64,000 nt of DNA from Bradyrhizobium sp. (GTDB lineage: Bacteria > Pseudomonadota > Alphaproteobacteria > Rhizobiales > Xanthobacteraceae). The stretch is from the NCBI RefSeq assembly GCF_035935975.1, contig NZ_DASYWN010000058.1:7993-71992 (forward strand), in the 5' to 3' direction. Below, one piece after another: positions 46,250 through 55,496 of the stretch. The translations under genes and the position numbers were made by a program. Positions within the stretch are counted from its first letter, which is position 1. Each line of letters begins with the position of its first letter. The notes beneath the pieces were generated by a model that saw nothing but the letters and a program-made list of their open reading frames with translations, had not been told where the DNA came from and ran no database searches.

Positions 46250-46654
46250 CTAATGCCCCGGCAGCTTCTCGAACGTCGCCATGCCTGCGGGGATCGCGTG
46301 GAACTCCTGCTTGTCGCAGGTGTAGATCGCCATCTGCGGGTGGAACTGCTCCGGCTCGTCCAGCGTGCCGACCTTCAGGATCGCGGCAGGCAGGCCTGGA
46401 ACCTTGGTCACCAGATGCGTGCCGCATTCGGGGCAGAATTCGCGCGTCACCGCCCGCTCGAGATCCTTGCGCGTGAACTGCTTGGGTTGTCCGATGATGT
46501 AGCTGAAGCCGTCCGCCGGCATCGCGATGAAGGTGTTGGGCGCGCCGCCCGAGATGTACTGGCACTCGCGGCAATGACACTGGGCCTGCATCATCGGATC
46601 GCCCTCAGCCACGTAGCGCACTTCGCCGCAATAGCATCCGCCTTCCAAACGCAT
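46250..46654 (-). CDS. GFA-family (glutathione-dependent formaldehyde-activating/CENP-V-like) zinc protein
   Basis: Start at ATG 46654. GGCYCGEVRY...CHCRECQ...FCPECGTHL cysteine pattern. Confidence 0.8.
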   Translation of the reverse strand: MRLEGGCYCGEVRYVAEGDPMMQAQCHCRECQYISGGAPNTFIAMPADGFSYIIGQPKQFTRKDLERAVTREFCPECGTHLVTKVPGLPAAILKVGTLDEPEQFHPQMAIYTCDKQEFHAIPAGMATFEKLPGH

Positions 46655-46740
46655 GACGACCTCCCGTTTTGTTGTTCGTTGTGGTCGATATTTCTGCGCC
46701 GGCAATCTGGAATGGCAATCCTTTTCTTCTTCACACCCGC

Positions 46741-46777
46741 CAAAAAGAAAGGGGCTCCAACTTGCGCTGGAGCCCCT
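46741..46777 (-). terminator. intrinsic terminator after amtB(1)
   Basis: On the minus strand: ggggctcca-gcgcaagt-tggagcccc followed by tttcttttt. Confidence 0.65.
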
Positions 46778-46859
46778 CAACGGTCGGGGCATTGCCGGGT
46801 ATGTGCCCAAACCGTAGTTGTGGACGCGGCCCCGAGGAGAGCCGCGCCCGGGAGGAGAG

Positions 46860-48308
46860 TTACATGTTGTAGGCGCGCTCGGTGTGCTCGGTGATGTCGA
46901 GGCCTTCACGCTCGCTCTCGACATTGGCGCGGAGGCCAACGATCACATCGACGACCTTGTAGAGGATCGCCGAACCGATGCCCGACCACACCAGCGTGGT
47001 GCAGACGCCCCAGATCTGGGAGATCATCTGCGCCGCGAAGTCGTAATCGGCAACCTTCGGCGGGATCGCGGTGTAGTCGATGATGCCGGCGCCGCCGAGG
47101 GCGGGGTTGACGAGGATGCCGGTGCCGAGGGCGCCGACAATGCCGCCGACGCAGTGCACGCCGAACACATCGAGGCTGTCATCGTAGCCGAGCGCGTTCT
47201 TCACGACGGTGCAGAAGAACAGGCAGACCACGCCGACGATCAGGCCGAGGACGATCGCGCCCATGACACCGGAGAAGCCGGCGGCAGGCGTGACGGCCAC
47301 GAGGCCCGCGACAGCGCCGGAGATGACGCCGAGCACCGACGGGTGACCCTTCACGATCCACTCCGCGAACATCCACGACAGCGCGGCGGCTGCGGTGGCG
47401 ACGAAGGAGTTGGTCATGGCGAGGGCAGCGCCGCCGTTGGCTTCGAGGTTGGAGCCGGCGTTGAAGCCGAACCAGCCAACCCAGAGCAGCGAGGCGCCGA
47501 TCATCGACATGGTCAGCGAGTGCGGAGCCATCAGCTCCTTGCCGTAACCGACGCGCTTGCCGATCAAGAGAGCGCCGACGAGGCCCGCGATGCCGGCGTT
47601 GATGTGCACCACGGTGCCGCCAGCGAAGTCGATCGCGCCCTTCTTGAAGATCCAGCCGGCGTCGGCGTTGATCTCGTCGAGCTTGGCCTGAGCCGCAGTC
47701 TTCGCCGCCGCATCACCCGCCGCAGCCAGAGCCTTGGCAGCGTCCTGGATCGCGTCCGGGCCCGGCCAGTACCAGACCATGTGCGCGATCGGGAAGTAGA
47801 TCAGCGTGACCCAGAGCGGGATGAACAGGGCGATCGCCGAGAACTTCATGCGCTCGGCGAAGGCGCCGACGATGAGGGCGGGCGTGATCGCCGCGAAGGT
47901 CATCTGGAAGCACATATAGATGAGCTCCGAGATGTTGGCGTCGACCGAGAAGGTCGCGGCCTTCGAGTCGGTGGTGACGCCCATCATGAAGGCCTTCGAG
48001 AAGCCGCCGATGAAGTCGGAACCGCCGGTGAAGGCGAGGCTGTAGCCGTAGACGGCCCAGATCACGGTGACGACGCAGACGGTGTAGAACACCTGCATCA
48101 GAACGGAGAGCATGTTCTTGGAACGGACGAGGCCGCCGTAGAACAGCGCGAGGCCGGGGATCGTCATCAACAGCACGAGCACTGTCGATGTCAGCATCCA
48201 GGCGTTGTCTCCCTTGTTGACCGTTGGCTCGGCATAGGCTGCGGTCGCAGCGAACAGGCCGACTGCAAGAGCCGCCAATCCCGCGCCATAGGGACGCTTA
48301 AACGTCAT
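46860..48308 (-). CDS. amtB: ammonium transporter AmtB (copy 1)
   Basis: Start at ATG 48308 with a signal peptide. DFAGGTVVHINAG and VHCVGGIVG are Amt signatures. Downstream of glnK. Confidence 0.92.
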   Translation of the reverse strand: MTFKRPYGAGLAALAVGLFAATAAYAEPTVNKGDNAWMLTSTVLVLLMTIPGLALFYGGLVRSKNMLSVLMQVFYTVCVVTVIWAVYGYSLAFTGGSDFIGGFSKAFMMGVTTDSKAATFSVDANISELIYMCFQMTFAAITPALIVGAFAERMKFSAIALFIPLWVTLIYFPIAHMVWYWPGPDAIQDAAKALAAAGDAAAKTAAQAKLDEINADAGWIFKKGAIDFAGGTVVHINAGIAGLVGALLIGKRVGYGKELMAPHSLTMSMIGASLLWVGWFGFNAGSNLEANGGAALAMTNSFVATAAAALSWMFAEWIVKGHPSVLGVISGAVAGLVAVTPAAGFSGVMGAIVLGLIVGVVCLFFCTVVKNALGYDDSLDVFGVHCVGGIVGALGTGILVNPALGGAGIIDYTAIPPKVADYDFAAQMISQIWGVCTTLVWSGIGSAILYKVVDVIVGLRANVESEREGLDITEHTERAYNM

Positions 48309-48348
48309 TTTATTCACTCCTGATTGGATAAGAAGGTTGAGCGCGAAA

Positions 48349-48687
48349 TCAGAGGGCCGCCGCATCGGCCTCGCCGGTGCGGATGCGAACCGCATGGTCG
48401 AGGTTGATGACGAAGATCTTGCCGTCACCGATCTGTCCGGTTTTCGCGGCGGACGTGATGGCGTCGATGGTCTTGTCGACCTGGTCGGAGGCGACAGCGA
48501 CCTCGATCTTGATCTTGGGCAGGAAGCTCACGGCATATTCAGCGCCGCGATAGATTTCCGTATGGCCTTTCTGGCGGCCATATCCCTTGACTTCCGTCAC
48601 CGTAAGACCGTGAACGCCGATGGCGGTCAGGGCGTCACGGACTTCTTCCAGCTTGAATGGCTTGATAATCGCCATAACAATTTTCAT
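48349..48687 (-). CDS. glnK: P-II nitrogen regulatory protein GlnK (copy 1)
   Basis: 112 aa. [18 protein letters not shown]-loop [17 protein letters not shown]. Start at ATG 48687. Confidence 0.95.
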   Translation of the reverse strand: MKIVMAIIKPFKLEEVRDALTAIGVHGLTVTEVKGYGRQKGHTEIYRGAEYAVSFLPKIKIEVAVASDQVDKTIDAITSAAKTGQIGDGKIFVINLDHAVRIRTGEADAAAL

Positions 48688-48793
48688 GGGTCCTATCCCC
48701 GCTTGGGCCCGGTCCGGACGTGGCCGGGCGTTTCTCGACTGGTTCGCCACGAGGGAGAAGTTCACTACGCGGGCACAGCCGGGACCCTTAGAA

Positions 48794-48809
48794 TCAAATG
48801 CCGTGCCAG
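48794..48809 (-). promoter_or_regulatory. sigma54-type promoter candidate for glnK-amtB(1)
   Basis: The minus strand reads TGGCACGgcatTTGAt against the consensus TGGCACG-N4-TTGCW, about 110 nt upstream of the glnK ATG. Confidence 0.45.
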
Positions 48810-48997
48810 ATCGGACGTGTTGCCTAACGGACTATGAAAACGGGTGTTTTCGCGTTTGGCGCGTATTGCGGTGCAGTGCGCTATTACGTCGCGCTCAAAA
48901 CGTGGTCAGGTCTGCTCAAAATACCGGCATGACAGGCCGCCGACACAATGTTGCACAGGCGTCGGGCAGTCAAAAGGTAATTAAGTAGGGCGATCGC

Positions 48998-49078
48998 CTA
49001 TTGCAGGGCTTCGCCGTGCCGCGAAATATCGAAGCGGCTCGCGGCGTGCTCACGGGATATGCGCAATCGACCTGGACG
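48998..49078 (-). pseudogene. relic of an amtB 3' end (last ~25 codons plus stop)
   Basis: Minus-strand translation ..LRISREHAASRFDISRHGEALQ* compared with the AmtB(2) C-terminus ..LRVSREHELEGLDISQHGEALQ*. About 75-80% nt identity to 50435-50512 by eye. Confidence 0.65.
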
Positions 49079-49079
49079 A

Positions 49080-49682
49080 TCAGGCGGCCTCGCGCTCAGC
49101 AAAGACCCGGTCGATCAATCCCCACTCGACCCCCTGCTGCGCGGTCATGAAGTGGTCGCGGTCCAGGGTCCGTTCCACCTCCGCCTCGGTGCGCCCGCAG
49201 TGCTGCGCGTAGAGCCGGGTGATGCGTCGCTTGGTTTCCTGCATTTCGTTGGCGTGGATCAGGATGTCGGACGCCTGGCCCTGGAAGCCGCCGAGTGGCT
49301 GATGGACGTGAAGGCTGGCATTGGGCAGGGCGGCGCGGTGACCGGGCTCGCCGGCCATCAGCAGGAACGAGCCCATCGAGCGCGCGGTGCCCATGCACAG
49401 CGTGTGAACCGGCGCCTTGATGAACTGCATGGTGTCGTACATCGCGAGCCCGCTGGTGACCACGCCGCCATAGGAGTTGATGTAGAGATTGATCGGCCTG
49501 TTCGGATTCTCCGCTTCCAGGAACAGCAATTGCGCGCAGACCAGTCCGGACATGGCGTCATTGACCTCGCCGTTGAGGAAGATGATGCGCTCGCGCAGGA
49601 GTCGCGAGTAGATGTCGAAGGATCGTTCGCCGCGGGCGGATTGTTCGACGACCATAGGGACGAGCTGAAGCATGTCGCGCAT
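49080..49682 (-). CDS. clpP: ATP-dependent Clp protease proteolytic subunit (orphan paralog, no clpX nearby)
   Basis: [23 protein letters not shown]. Ser in [11 protein letters not shown], His in HVHQPLGG and Asp in LDRDHFM, so the triad is retained. Confidence 0.9.
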   Translation of the reverse strand: MRDMLQLVPMVVEQSARGERSFDIYSRLLRERIIFLNGEVNDAMSGLVCAQLLFLEAENPNRPINLYINSYGGVVTSGLAMYDTMQFIKAPVHTLCMGTARSMGSFLLMAGEPGHRAALPNASLHVHQPLGGFQGQASDILIHANEMQETKRRITRLYAQHCGRTEAEVERTLDRDHFMTAQQGVEWGLIDRVFAEREAA

Positions 49683-49724
49683 CGGCGACCTCCATGTCTG
49701 CAGGTGATGAAAGGTTGGTTGGTG

Positions 49725-50081
49725 TCAGGCCGCGGCGCGCATCAGGCAGCAATTGCTGTTGGCCGGCTGCGGCAGCTTCGTGTCATCGTCGCAGGCCTGC
49801 TGGATGATGCTGATGCGGGTGCCTCCGTCTTCGTTCGGCTCGATCCGGAAGATGACGTGGCTTTCGCGAAATGGCGGCTCGGAATCGCGCAGCCGGTAGC
49901 GCACCTCTTCGCCTGTGATCGTTGCTTCCGGCTCGGCATCGGCAAGGTCGCAATCCGGCAGCCAGCGCTCGCGCAAAGCCGGAATGGTCACGGCGCGCCA
50001 GACCTTTGCCGGTGGCGCATCGAATTCGTATTCGAGCACGAGGTCTGCGTCGGGACGATCGGGCTTCACGGCGTCGCTCAT
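49725..50081 (-). CDS. SRPBCC (AHSA1/START-like) domain protein
   Basis: 118 aa. ..LEYEFDAPPAKVWRAVT.P..RERW is typical of the Aha1-like SRPBCC N-terminus. 4-nt overlap with the arsR-like gene. Confidence 0.65.
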   Translation of the reverse strand: MSDAVKPDRPDADLVLEYEFDAPPAKVWRAVTIPALRERWLPDCDLADAEPEATITGEEVRYRLRDSEPPFRESHVIFRIEPNEDGGTRISIIQQACDDDTKLPQPANSNCCLMRAAA

Positions 50082-50392
50082 TGATCCATGTCCTTCAGGA
50101 GGTCAGCGAGTGCTTCCATGCGCTTCGGCCAGTAGGCGCGATAACGCGCGAGCCATGCCGCGATGGCGACGATTCCGTCCGGGTCGACTTCGTAGTTCAC
50201 AAAGCGGCCCTGCCGCTGCTCGCGCACGAGGCCTGCCTCGCGCAGCACGGCGAGATGCTGCGACATCGCCGGCTGGCTGATCTCCAAACCGTCGCGTAAG
50301 GCGCTGGCATTCAGGCTGCCGCCAGCGAGCTTCTCAAAGACCTTTCGGCGCGTCGGGTCGGCCAGTGCCTTGAAGATGTCGGCTTCAATCAT
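50078..50392 (-). CDS. ArsR/SmtB-family transcriptional regulator
   Basis: FKALADPTRRKVFEKL...ISQPAMSQHLAVLREAGLV winged HTH. Confidence 0.85.
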   Translation of the reverse strand: MIEADIFKALADPTRRKVFEKLAGGSLNASALRDGLEISQPAMSQHLAVLREAGLVREQRQGRFVNYEVDPDGIVAIAAWLARYRAYWPKRMEALADLLKDMDQ

Positions 50393-50434
50393 GTCGACAC
50401 ATAAGCACGTGCTTATGTGTCGCGCAAGCCCCGA

Positions 50435-51736
50435 TTACTGCAGCGCTTCGCCGTGCTGCGAAATATCCAGCCCCTCGAGTTCGTGCTCACGGGACACGCG
50501 CAAGGGCACGAACAGGCCGACCAGCTTGAGCAGGATGAAGCTGACGCCTGCCGCCCAGACGAAGGTGACGGCGACCCCGTAGAGCTGGATCAGGAGCTGC
50601 TGCGGATGGCCCTCGAGCAGGCCGGCGGTGCCGCCGATCGCGCTAGTTGCGAACACGCCGGCCAGCAAGGTTCCGGTCAGGCCGCCGATGCCGTGGACGC
50701 CGAACACGTCGAGGGAGTCGTCATAGTTGAAGCGGTGCTTCAGCCAGGTGCAGGCCCAGTAGCAGACCGCGCCGGCGACGATGCCGATCACGATGCCATG
50801 CCAGGGCGCGACGAAGCCAGAGGCCGGCGTGATGGTGCCAAGGCCGGCAACAGCGCCGGAGATCATGCCGAGCACCGATGGCTTGCGCCGGGTCGACCAT
50901 TCGATCGCACCCCAGGTCAGCGCGCCGGAGCAGGCGGCAAGATGCGTCGCGATGATCGCCAGCACCGCGCGCGAATTGGCCGCGCCCGCCGAGCCGCCGT
51001 TGAAGCCGAACCAGCCGACCCACAACAGGCCGGTGCCCATCACGGCGAGCGACAGGTCGAACGGCGAGAGATTTTCGGTGCCGTAGCCGTGGCGGCGTCC
51101 CATCACCTTGGCGGCGACGAGGCCGGCGGTGCCGGCCGACAGATGCACGACGAGGCCGCCGGCGAAATCCATCACGCCCATGCTGGCGAGGAAGCCGCCG
51201 CCCCACACCCAATGCGCCAGCGGAATGTAGACGAAGATGAACCAGGCGACGGAGAACAACAGATAAGCGGAGAACCGCATCCGGTCGGCCACGGAGCCCG
51301 CGACCAGCGCCACCGTGATGATCGCAAACGTCATCTGGTACAGCATGAACAACGCTTCCGGGATGGTCTTCGCCGCCGGATTGACGCTGTCCATCGTCAT
51401 GCCTGCGAGGAACCAGCGGTCGAGCGAGCCGATCCACGGCCCGTCGCCGACGAAGCAGAGCGAATAGCCGAACGCGACCCAGAGAATGGAGATGATCGTC
51501 ACGGCCGCGAGGCTCTGCGCCATGGTCGCGAGCACGTTCTTCTTGCGCACCATGCCGGAGTAGAACAGCGCGAGCCCCGGGATCGTCATCATCAGCACCA
51601 AGGCGGTGGCGACGATCATCCAGGCGGTGTCGGCGGTGTTGATCTCGGAGCTCGCTGCGTGCGCTGGAGCGGCGAAAGCGGACACAAATCCGATCGGCGC
51701 AGCCATAGCAGCTGCGCGGCGCAACAATCCCGCCAT
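50435..51736 (-). CDS. amtB: ammonium transporter AmtB (copy 2)
   Basis: Signal peptide, DFAGGLVVHLSAG, VHGIGGLTG, 433 aa. Confidence 0.92.
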   Translation of the reverse strand: MAGLLRRAAAMAAPIGFVSAFAAPAHAASSEINTADTAWMIVATALVLMMTIPGLALFYSGMVRKKNVLATMAQSLAAVTIISILWVAFGYSLCFVGDGPWIGSLDRWFLAGMTMDSVNPAAKTIPEALFMLYQMTFAIITVALVAGSVADRMRFSAYLLFSVAWFIFVYIPLAHWVWGGGFLASMGVMDFAGGLVVHLSAGTAGLVAAKVMGRRHGYGTENLSPFDLSLAVMGTGLLWVGWFGFNGGSAGAANSRAVLAIIATHLAACSGALTWGAIEWSTRRKPSVLGMISGAVAGLGTITPASGFVAPWHGIVIGIVAGAVCYWACTWLKHRFNYDDSLDVFGVHGIGGLTGTLLAGVFATSAIGGTAGLLEGHPQQLLIQLYGVAVTFVWAAGVSFILLKLVGLFVPLRVSREHELEGLDISQHGEALQ

Positions 51737-51807
51737 GTCGTTCCCCCCGGCATCAATTGGCGTCGCACGCTGTGGCGTCGTTGCCCGGTGCGATCGAAAG
51801 AAGTTTT

Positions 51808-52197
<390 letters not shown>

Positions 52198-52384
52198 TCA
52201 ATCTGGCATCTTTCCGGGCAAATGGCATAAAAAAGTTGCAGATTGAAGCGGAAAAACGTTTGGCCATGTGAACGGCCGCCTCTGTACAGGGCATCCGTTC
52301 ATCCCTCACAATGCGTTTTTGGCATGGATGCGGTGAACCGAAGCGTCCCAGCCGGTACATAAGTATGTTCGAGGGGGACGTTTC

Positions 52385-53284
52385 ATGGCGAGTTGGTTCT
52401 ACGCATCCGAGGGCAAGCAGCAGGGGCCCTATCCGGAAGCGCAATTCCGCGACCTGATCGCGCAAGGCGTGGTTCGCCCCGATACGCTGGTTTGGTCGGA
52501 AGGCATGGCCGGCTGGCAGAAGGCCGCCGAAATCCCGGGCCTCATCAGCGGTGGCGGTGCGCCCCCGATGATTCCCGCCGGTGCTCCCCCGATGATGGGT
52601 GGCGGTGGTTATGCCGGCGCACGCAGCGCCTCCGGCGGATCGCTGTCGGCTGATTTCAGCGTGTTCGGCCTGCTCGGTCGTACCATTGTGTTTGTCATCG
52701 GCATGCTGCTCGTGATTCCGGCGCCCTGGGTCGCCGTCTGGTTCTACAAATGGATCACCTCGCATATTCAGGTGCCGGGTCGCCCGAACTTCGGCTTTGC
52801 GGGTCAGCCGATGGACATCTGGTGGGCGCTGATGGGCAACGCGCTCCTGACTTATGCCGGCGCAACCGGAATTTCGTACGCGCCGCTCGTTGCCATGATC
52901 GTCAATGCCTTTTTCGGCTGGGTCATTATCCGCTGGATCGTGGCCAATCTCACCTCGAATGGCGAGCGGCTGCCGATCTCGTTCAATGGCAGCGCAATCG
53001 GCTATGTTGGCTGGTATCTGCTGATGCTCGTTTCGACCATCACCATCATCGGCTGGGCCTGGGTCCTGGCGTTCTGGATGCGCTGGATATGCAGCAATAC
53101 CGAGGGCACGCGGCGCGAGATCGTGTTCAACGGCAGTGGCTGGCAGCTCCTCTGGCGTACGGTGGTCTTCTCGCTGGCCTGTAGCTTCATCATCCCGATT
53201 CCCTGGATGCTGCGCTGGTATGGCGGCTGGTACGTGTCGCAATTCGCGCTCGTCGACCGTGGGGTTGCCGCTCGCGGCTTCTGA
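52385..53284 (+). CDS. GYF_2 (DUF4339) domain membrane protein, DUF898/YjgN-like body
   Basis: N-terminal WFYASEGKQQGPYPEAQFRDLIAQGVVRPDTLVWSEGMAGWQKA, a Gly/Pro linker, then about 6 TM helices with repeated F.G. motifs. The family call is from memory only. Confidence 0.6.
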   Translation: MASWFYASEGKQQGPYPEAQFRDLIAQGVVRPDTLVWSEGMAGWQKAAEIPGLISGGGAPPMIPAGAPPMMGGGGYAGARSASGGSLSADFSVFGLLGRTIVFVIGMLLVIPAPWVAVWFYKWITSHIQVPGRPNFGFAGQPMDIWWALMGNALLTYAGATGISYAPLVAMIVNAFFGWVIIRWIVANLTSNGERLPISFNGSAIGYVGWYLLMLVSTITIIGWAWVLAFWMRWICSNTEGTRREIVFNGSGWQLLWRTVVFSLACSFIIPIPWMLRWYGGWYVSQFALVDRGVAARGF

Positions 53285-53430
53285 CGAACTCTCCTTCTGC
53301 GCGGAGCTTCCTCCGCGCAGAACGGAAGCCCAACCTCCGTCGCAGGCGGCCTGCATTGCATCTTGTGCAGCTCGGGCCGGTTGCCCTAGGTTGGTCCTAT
53401 TGCAAGATACAACTCATTGGGGGCATTGCA

Positions 53431-54042
53431 GTGGGCGATATTTCGAATCCGCCACCAAGTGGCGGTGGGCGTTCGGTGGCTCCGCCGCCGCGCAACACGA
53501 GTTCCGACCTGCCGCCGCATCCGCTCGATAGCGAATGGCACATTCACATCAATGGGCAGACTTACGGGCCCTATACCGGGTATCGCATTGACGAGTTCAT
53601 CAAGGAGGGCCGTGTCGATGGCGCGACTCAGGTGTTACCCGTCGGCAGCGAGAACTGGACGCCCGCCTCGCAGGACCGCTATCTGTCGTCCCTGTTCAGA
53701 TCGAACAAGCAAACTCCGCCGCCGATCAATGCGGCGGCCGGCGCGACCGTGGTTCATGTGGTCAATCAGGTGAATCCCGCGCTCCTTCTCGATGACACCG
53801 GAGCGTTCGGGGCGAAGTCGCCCGGCGTCGCGCTTCTGCTGTCGTTCCTGATTTGCGGTGCCGGACAGATGTATTGCGGACGGGTGGGCAAGGGCATTCT
53901 GATGTTGATCGGATGCATTGCCCTTTGGGTCGTGTTCCTGGGCTGGACGATCTGGATCTGGTCGATGATCGATGCCTATTCGACGGCGAAGGACATGAAT
54001 CTTCGCTACCTCCGGAGGCTTCAGGCCGGCCAGCCCGTATGA
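53431..54042 (+). CDS. GYF_2 domain + TM2 domain membrane protein
   Basis: GTG start at 53431 after gggggc. WHIHINGQTYGPYTGYRIDEFIKEGRV...W. TM2-like GVALLLSFLICGAGQMYCGRVGKGILMLI.... Confidence 0.6.
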   Translation: MGDISNPPPSGGGRSVAPPPRNTSSDLPPHPLDSEWHIHINGQTYGPYTGYRIDEFIKEGRVDGATQVLPVGSENWTPASQDRYLSSLFRSNKQTPPPINAAAGATVVHVVNQVNPALLLDDTGAFGAKSPGVALLLSFLICGAGQMYCGRVGKGILMLIGCIALWVVFLGWTIWIWSMIDAYSTAKDMNLRYLRRLQAGQPV

Positions 54043-54509
54043 CCAATGCGCTGCATCGCTTGCCGGTTCGAACCTGTCCTGCGTGCGGGTCGGCGGTCAA
54101 CACCGGCGCGCTGACCTGTAATGCGTGCGGGGGCGTGATCGCGGTCGAAAGCGTTCTCAGCCGTCTGAAACAGGAATTCAGGCACCAAGCCGAGAGAATC
54201 GGCTGGTCGATCCGCGATCCAGAGGTGCTGATCTGGGTGCTGGCGGCGTGCCCCATCCTGATCCTGCCGCCGCTGCTGGCGCTCTTCATGAGCGTCCGGT
54301 CGCCAAAGCTGTCGGCATCCGATGGTCCGGCGTCGAAGTCCAATCAGAGCTTGTTCGTCGCGATCGTCGCCGTCTGCAACATCGTTCTCAGCATCATGTT
54401 CTGGCGCTGGCTCAGCGAGCTCTCGCTATCCGGACTTTCGATCGGAATGTTCCTCCGGTCCCTCGGGGTCAACGTCCACCCGCCTGCAAGTTCGGCGGGC
54501 CAGATCTGA
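54039..54509 (+). CDS. zinc-ribbon membrane protein (CxxC-N10-CxxC, 2-3 TM)
   Basis: ATGA overlap with the preceding gene. CPACGSAVNTGALTCNACG followed by hydrophobic helices. Confidence 0.5.
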   Translation: MTNALHRLPVRTCPACGSAVNTGALTCNACGGVIAVESVLSRLKQEFRHQAERIGWSIRDPEVLIWVLAACPILILPPLLALFMSVRSPKLSASDGPASKSNQSLFVAIVAVCNIVLSIMFWRWLSELSLSGLSIGMFLRSLGVNVHPPASSAGQI

Positions 54510-54511
54510 TA

Positions 54512-55375
54512 TCAGCTGCGCCGCTCGCGCACGGAACCTTCCTGCGCGACGGATGCCACCAGCGTGCCGTCGGGCTTGAAGATCGAGCCGCGGGTCAGGC
54601 CGCGGCCGCCGCGCGCGCTCGGCGAATCCTGCGCGTAGAGCAGCCATTCGTCGGCGCGGAACGGGCGGTGAAACCACATCGCGTGGTCGAGGCTCGCCGG
54701 CATCATGCGCTTGTCGAACAGCGTGCGGCCGTAGCGCGCCATGATCGCGTCGAGCAGCGAGAAGTCCGAAGCATAGGCGAGCGCGCACATGTGCAGCGCC
54801 GGATCATCCGGCAGCGTTGCCGCGGTCTTGATCCAGACATGAATACGCCCGTCCTCGATCTTCTGGCCGAAGTAACGGCCGAGCTCGACCGGGCGCAGCT
54901 CGATCGGACGATCGGATTCGTAATAGCGGCGGATGAAATCCGGCATCTCGCGGAACATCGGCTGCTTCGCCACTTCTTCCGCCGTGAGTTTCTCCGGCGG
55001 CGGCACATCGGGCATCTTGTCCTGGTGATCGAACGCGCTCTCCTCGTCGGCATGGAACGACACCATGATCGAGAAGATCGCATTGCCGTGCTGAATCGCG
55101 GTGACGCGGCGGGTCGAATAGCTCTTGCCGTCGCGCAGCCGCTCGACCTGGTAGATGATCGGGATCTGCGGATCGCCCGGCAGAATGAAATAGCAATGCA
55201 GCGAATGCGGCAGCCGGCCCTCGACGGTGCGGCAGGCCGCGACCATCGCCTGCCCGATCACCTGGCCACCGAACACCCGTTGCCAGCTCGTCTTCGGGCT
55301 GTTGCCGCGGAACAGGTTCACCTCAAGCTGCTCGAGGTCGAGGATCGAGATCAGGTCGATCAGGCTCTTGGACAT
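54512..55375 (-). CDS. tesB: acyl-CoA thioesterase II
   Basis: Start at ATG 55375. LEQLEVNLFRG...VFGGQVIGQA...HSLHCYFILPGD...ERLRDGKSYSTRRV parallels E. coli TesB. Confidence 0.9.
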   Translation of the reverse strand: MSKSLIDLISILDLEQLEVNLFRGNSPKTSWQRVFGGQVIGQAMVAACRTVEGRLPHSLHCYFILPGDPQIPIIYQVERLRDGKSYSTRRVTAIQHGNAIFSIMVSFHADEESAFDHQDKMPDVPPPEKLTAEEVAKQPMFREMPDFIRRYYESDRPIELRPVELGRYFGQKIEDGRIHVWIKTAATLPDDPALHMCALAYASDFSLLDAIMARYGRTLFDKRMMPASLDHAMWFHRPFRADEWLLYAQDSPSARGGRGLTRGSIFKPDGTLVASVAQEGSVRERRS

Positions 55376-55496
55376 GACTTGCGCTTTCGCATCGCCCCGG
55401 AATGACACATTCGGGCCGTTCCGCCCTTGTTTCACCGCACTGTTTCGCCCAGCTCAAGTCTGCTAGCAAGACCGAGAATTGACCGGGAAGCTTGGT

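Noticed and set aside
49080-49682. The orphan ClpP as an inactive pseudo-protease
   Set aside because: The Ser, His and Asp triad positions and the N-terminal gating motif are all retained, so there is no sequence evidence for inactivity.
52223-52240. tggcataaaaaagttgca as a sigma54 promoter for the GYF-domain gene
   Set aside because: The GG to GC spacing is 12 nt rather than the required 10, and the -24 element is TGGCAT. This is probably chance.
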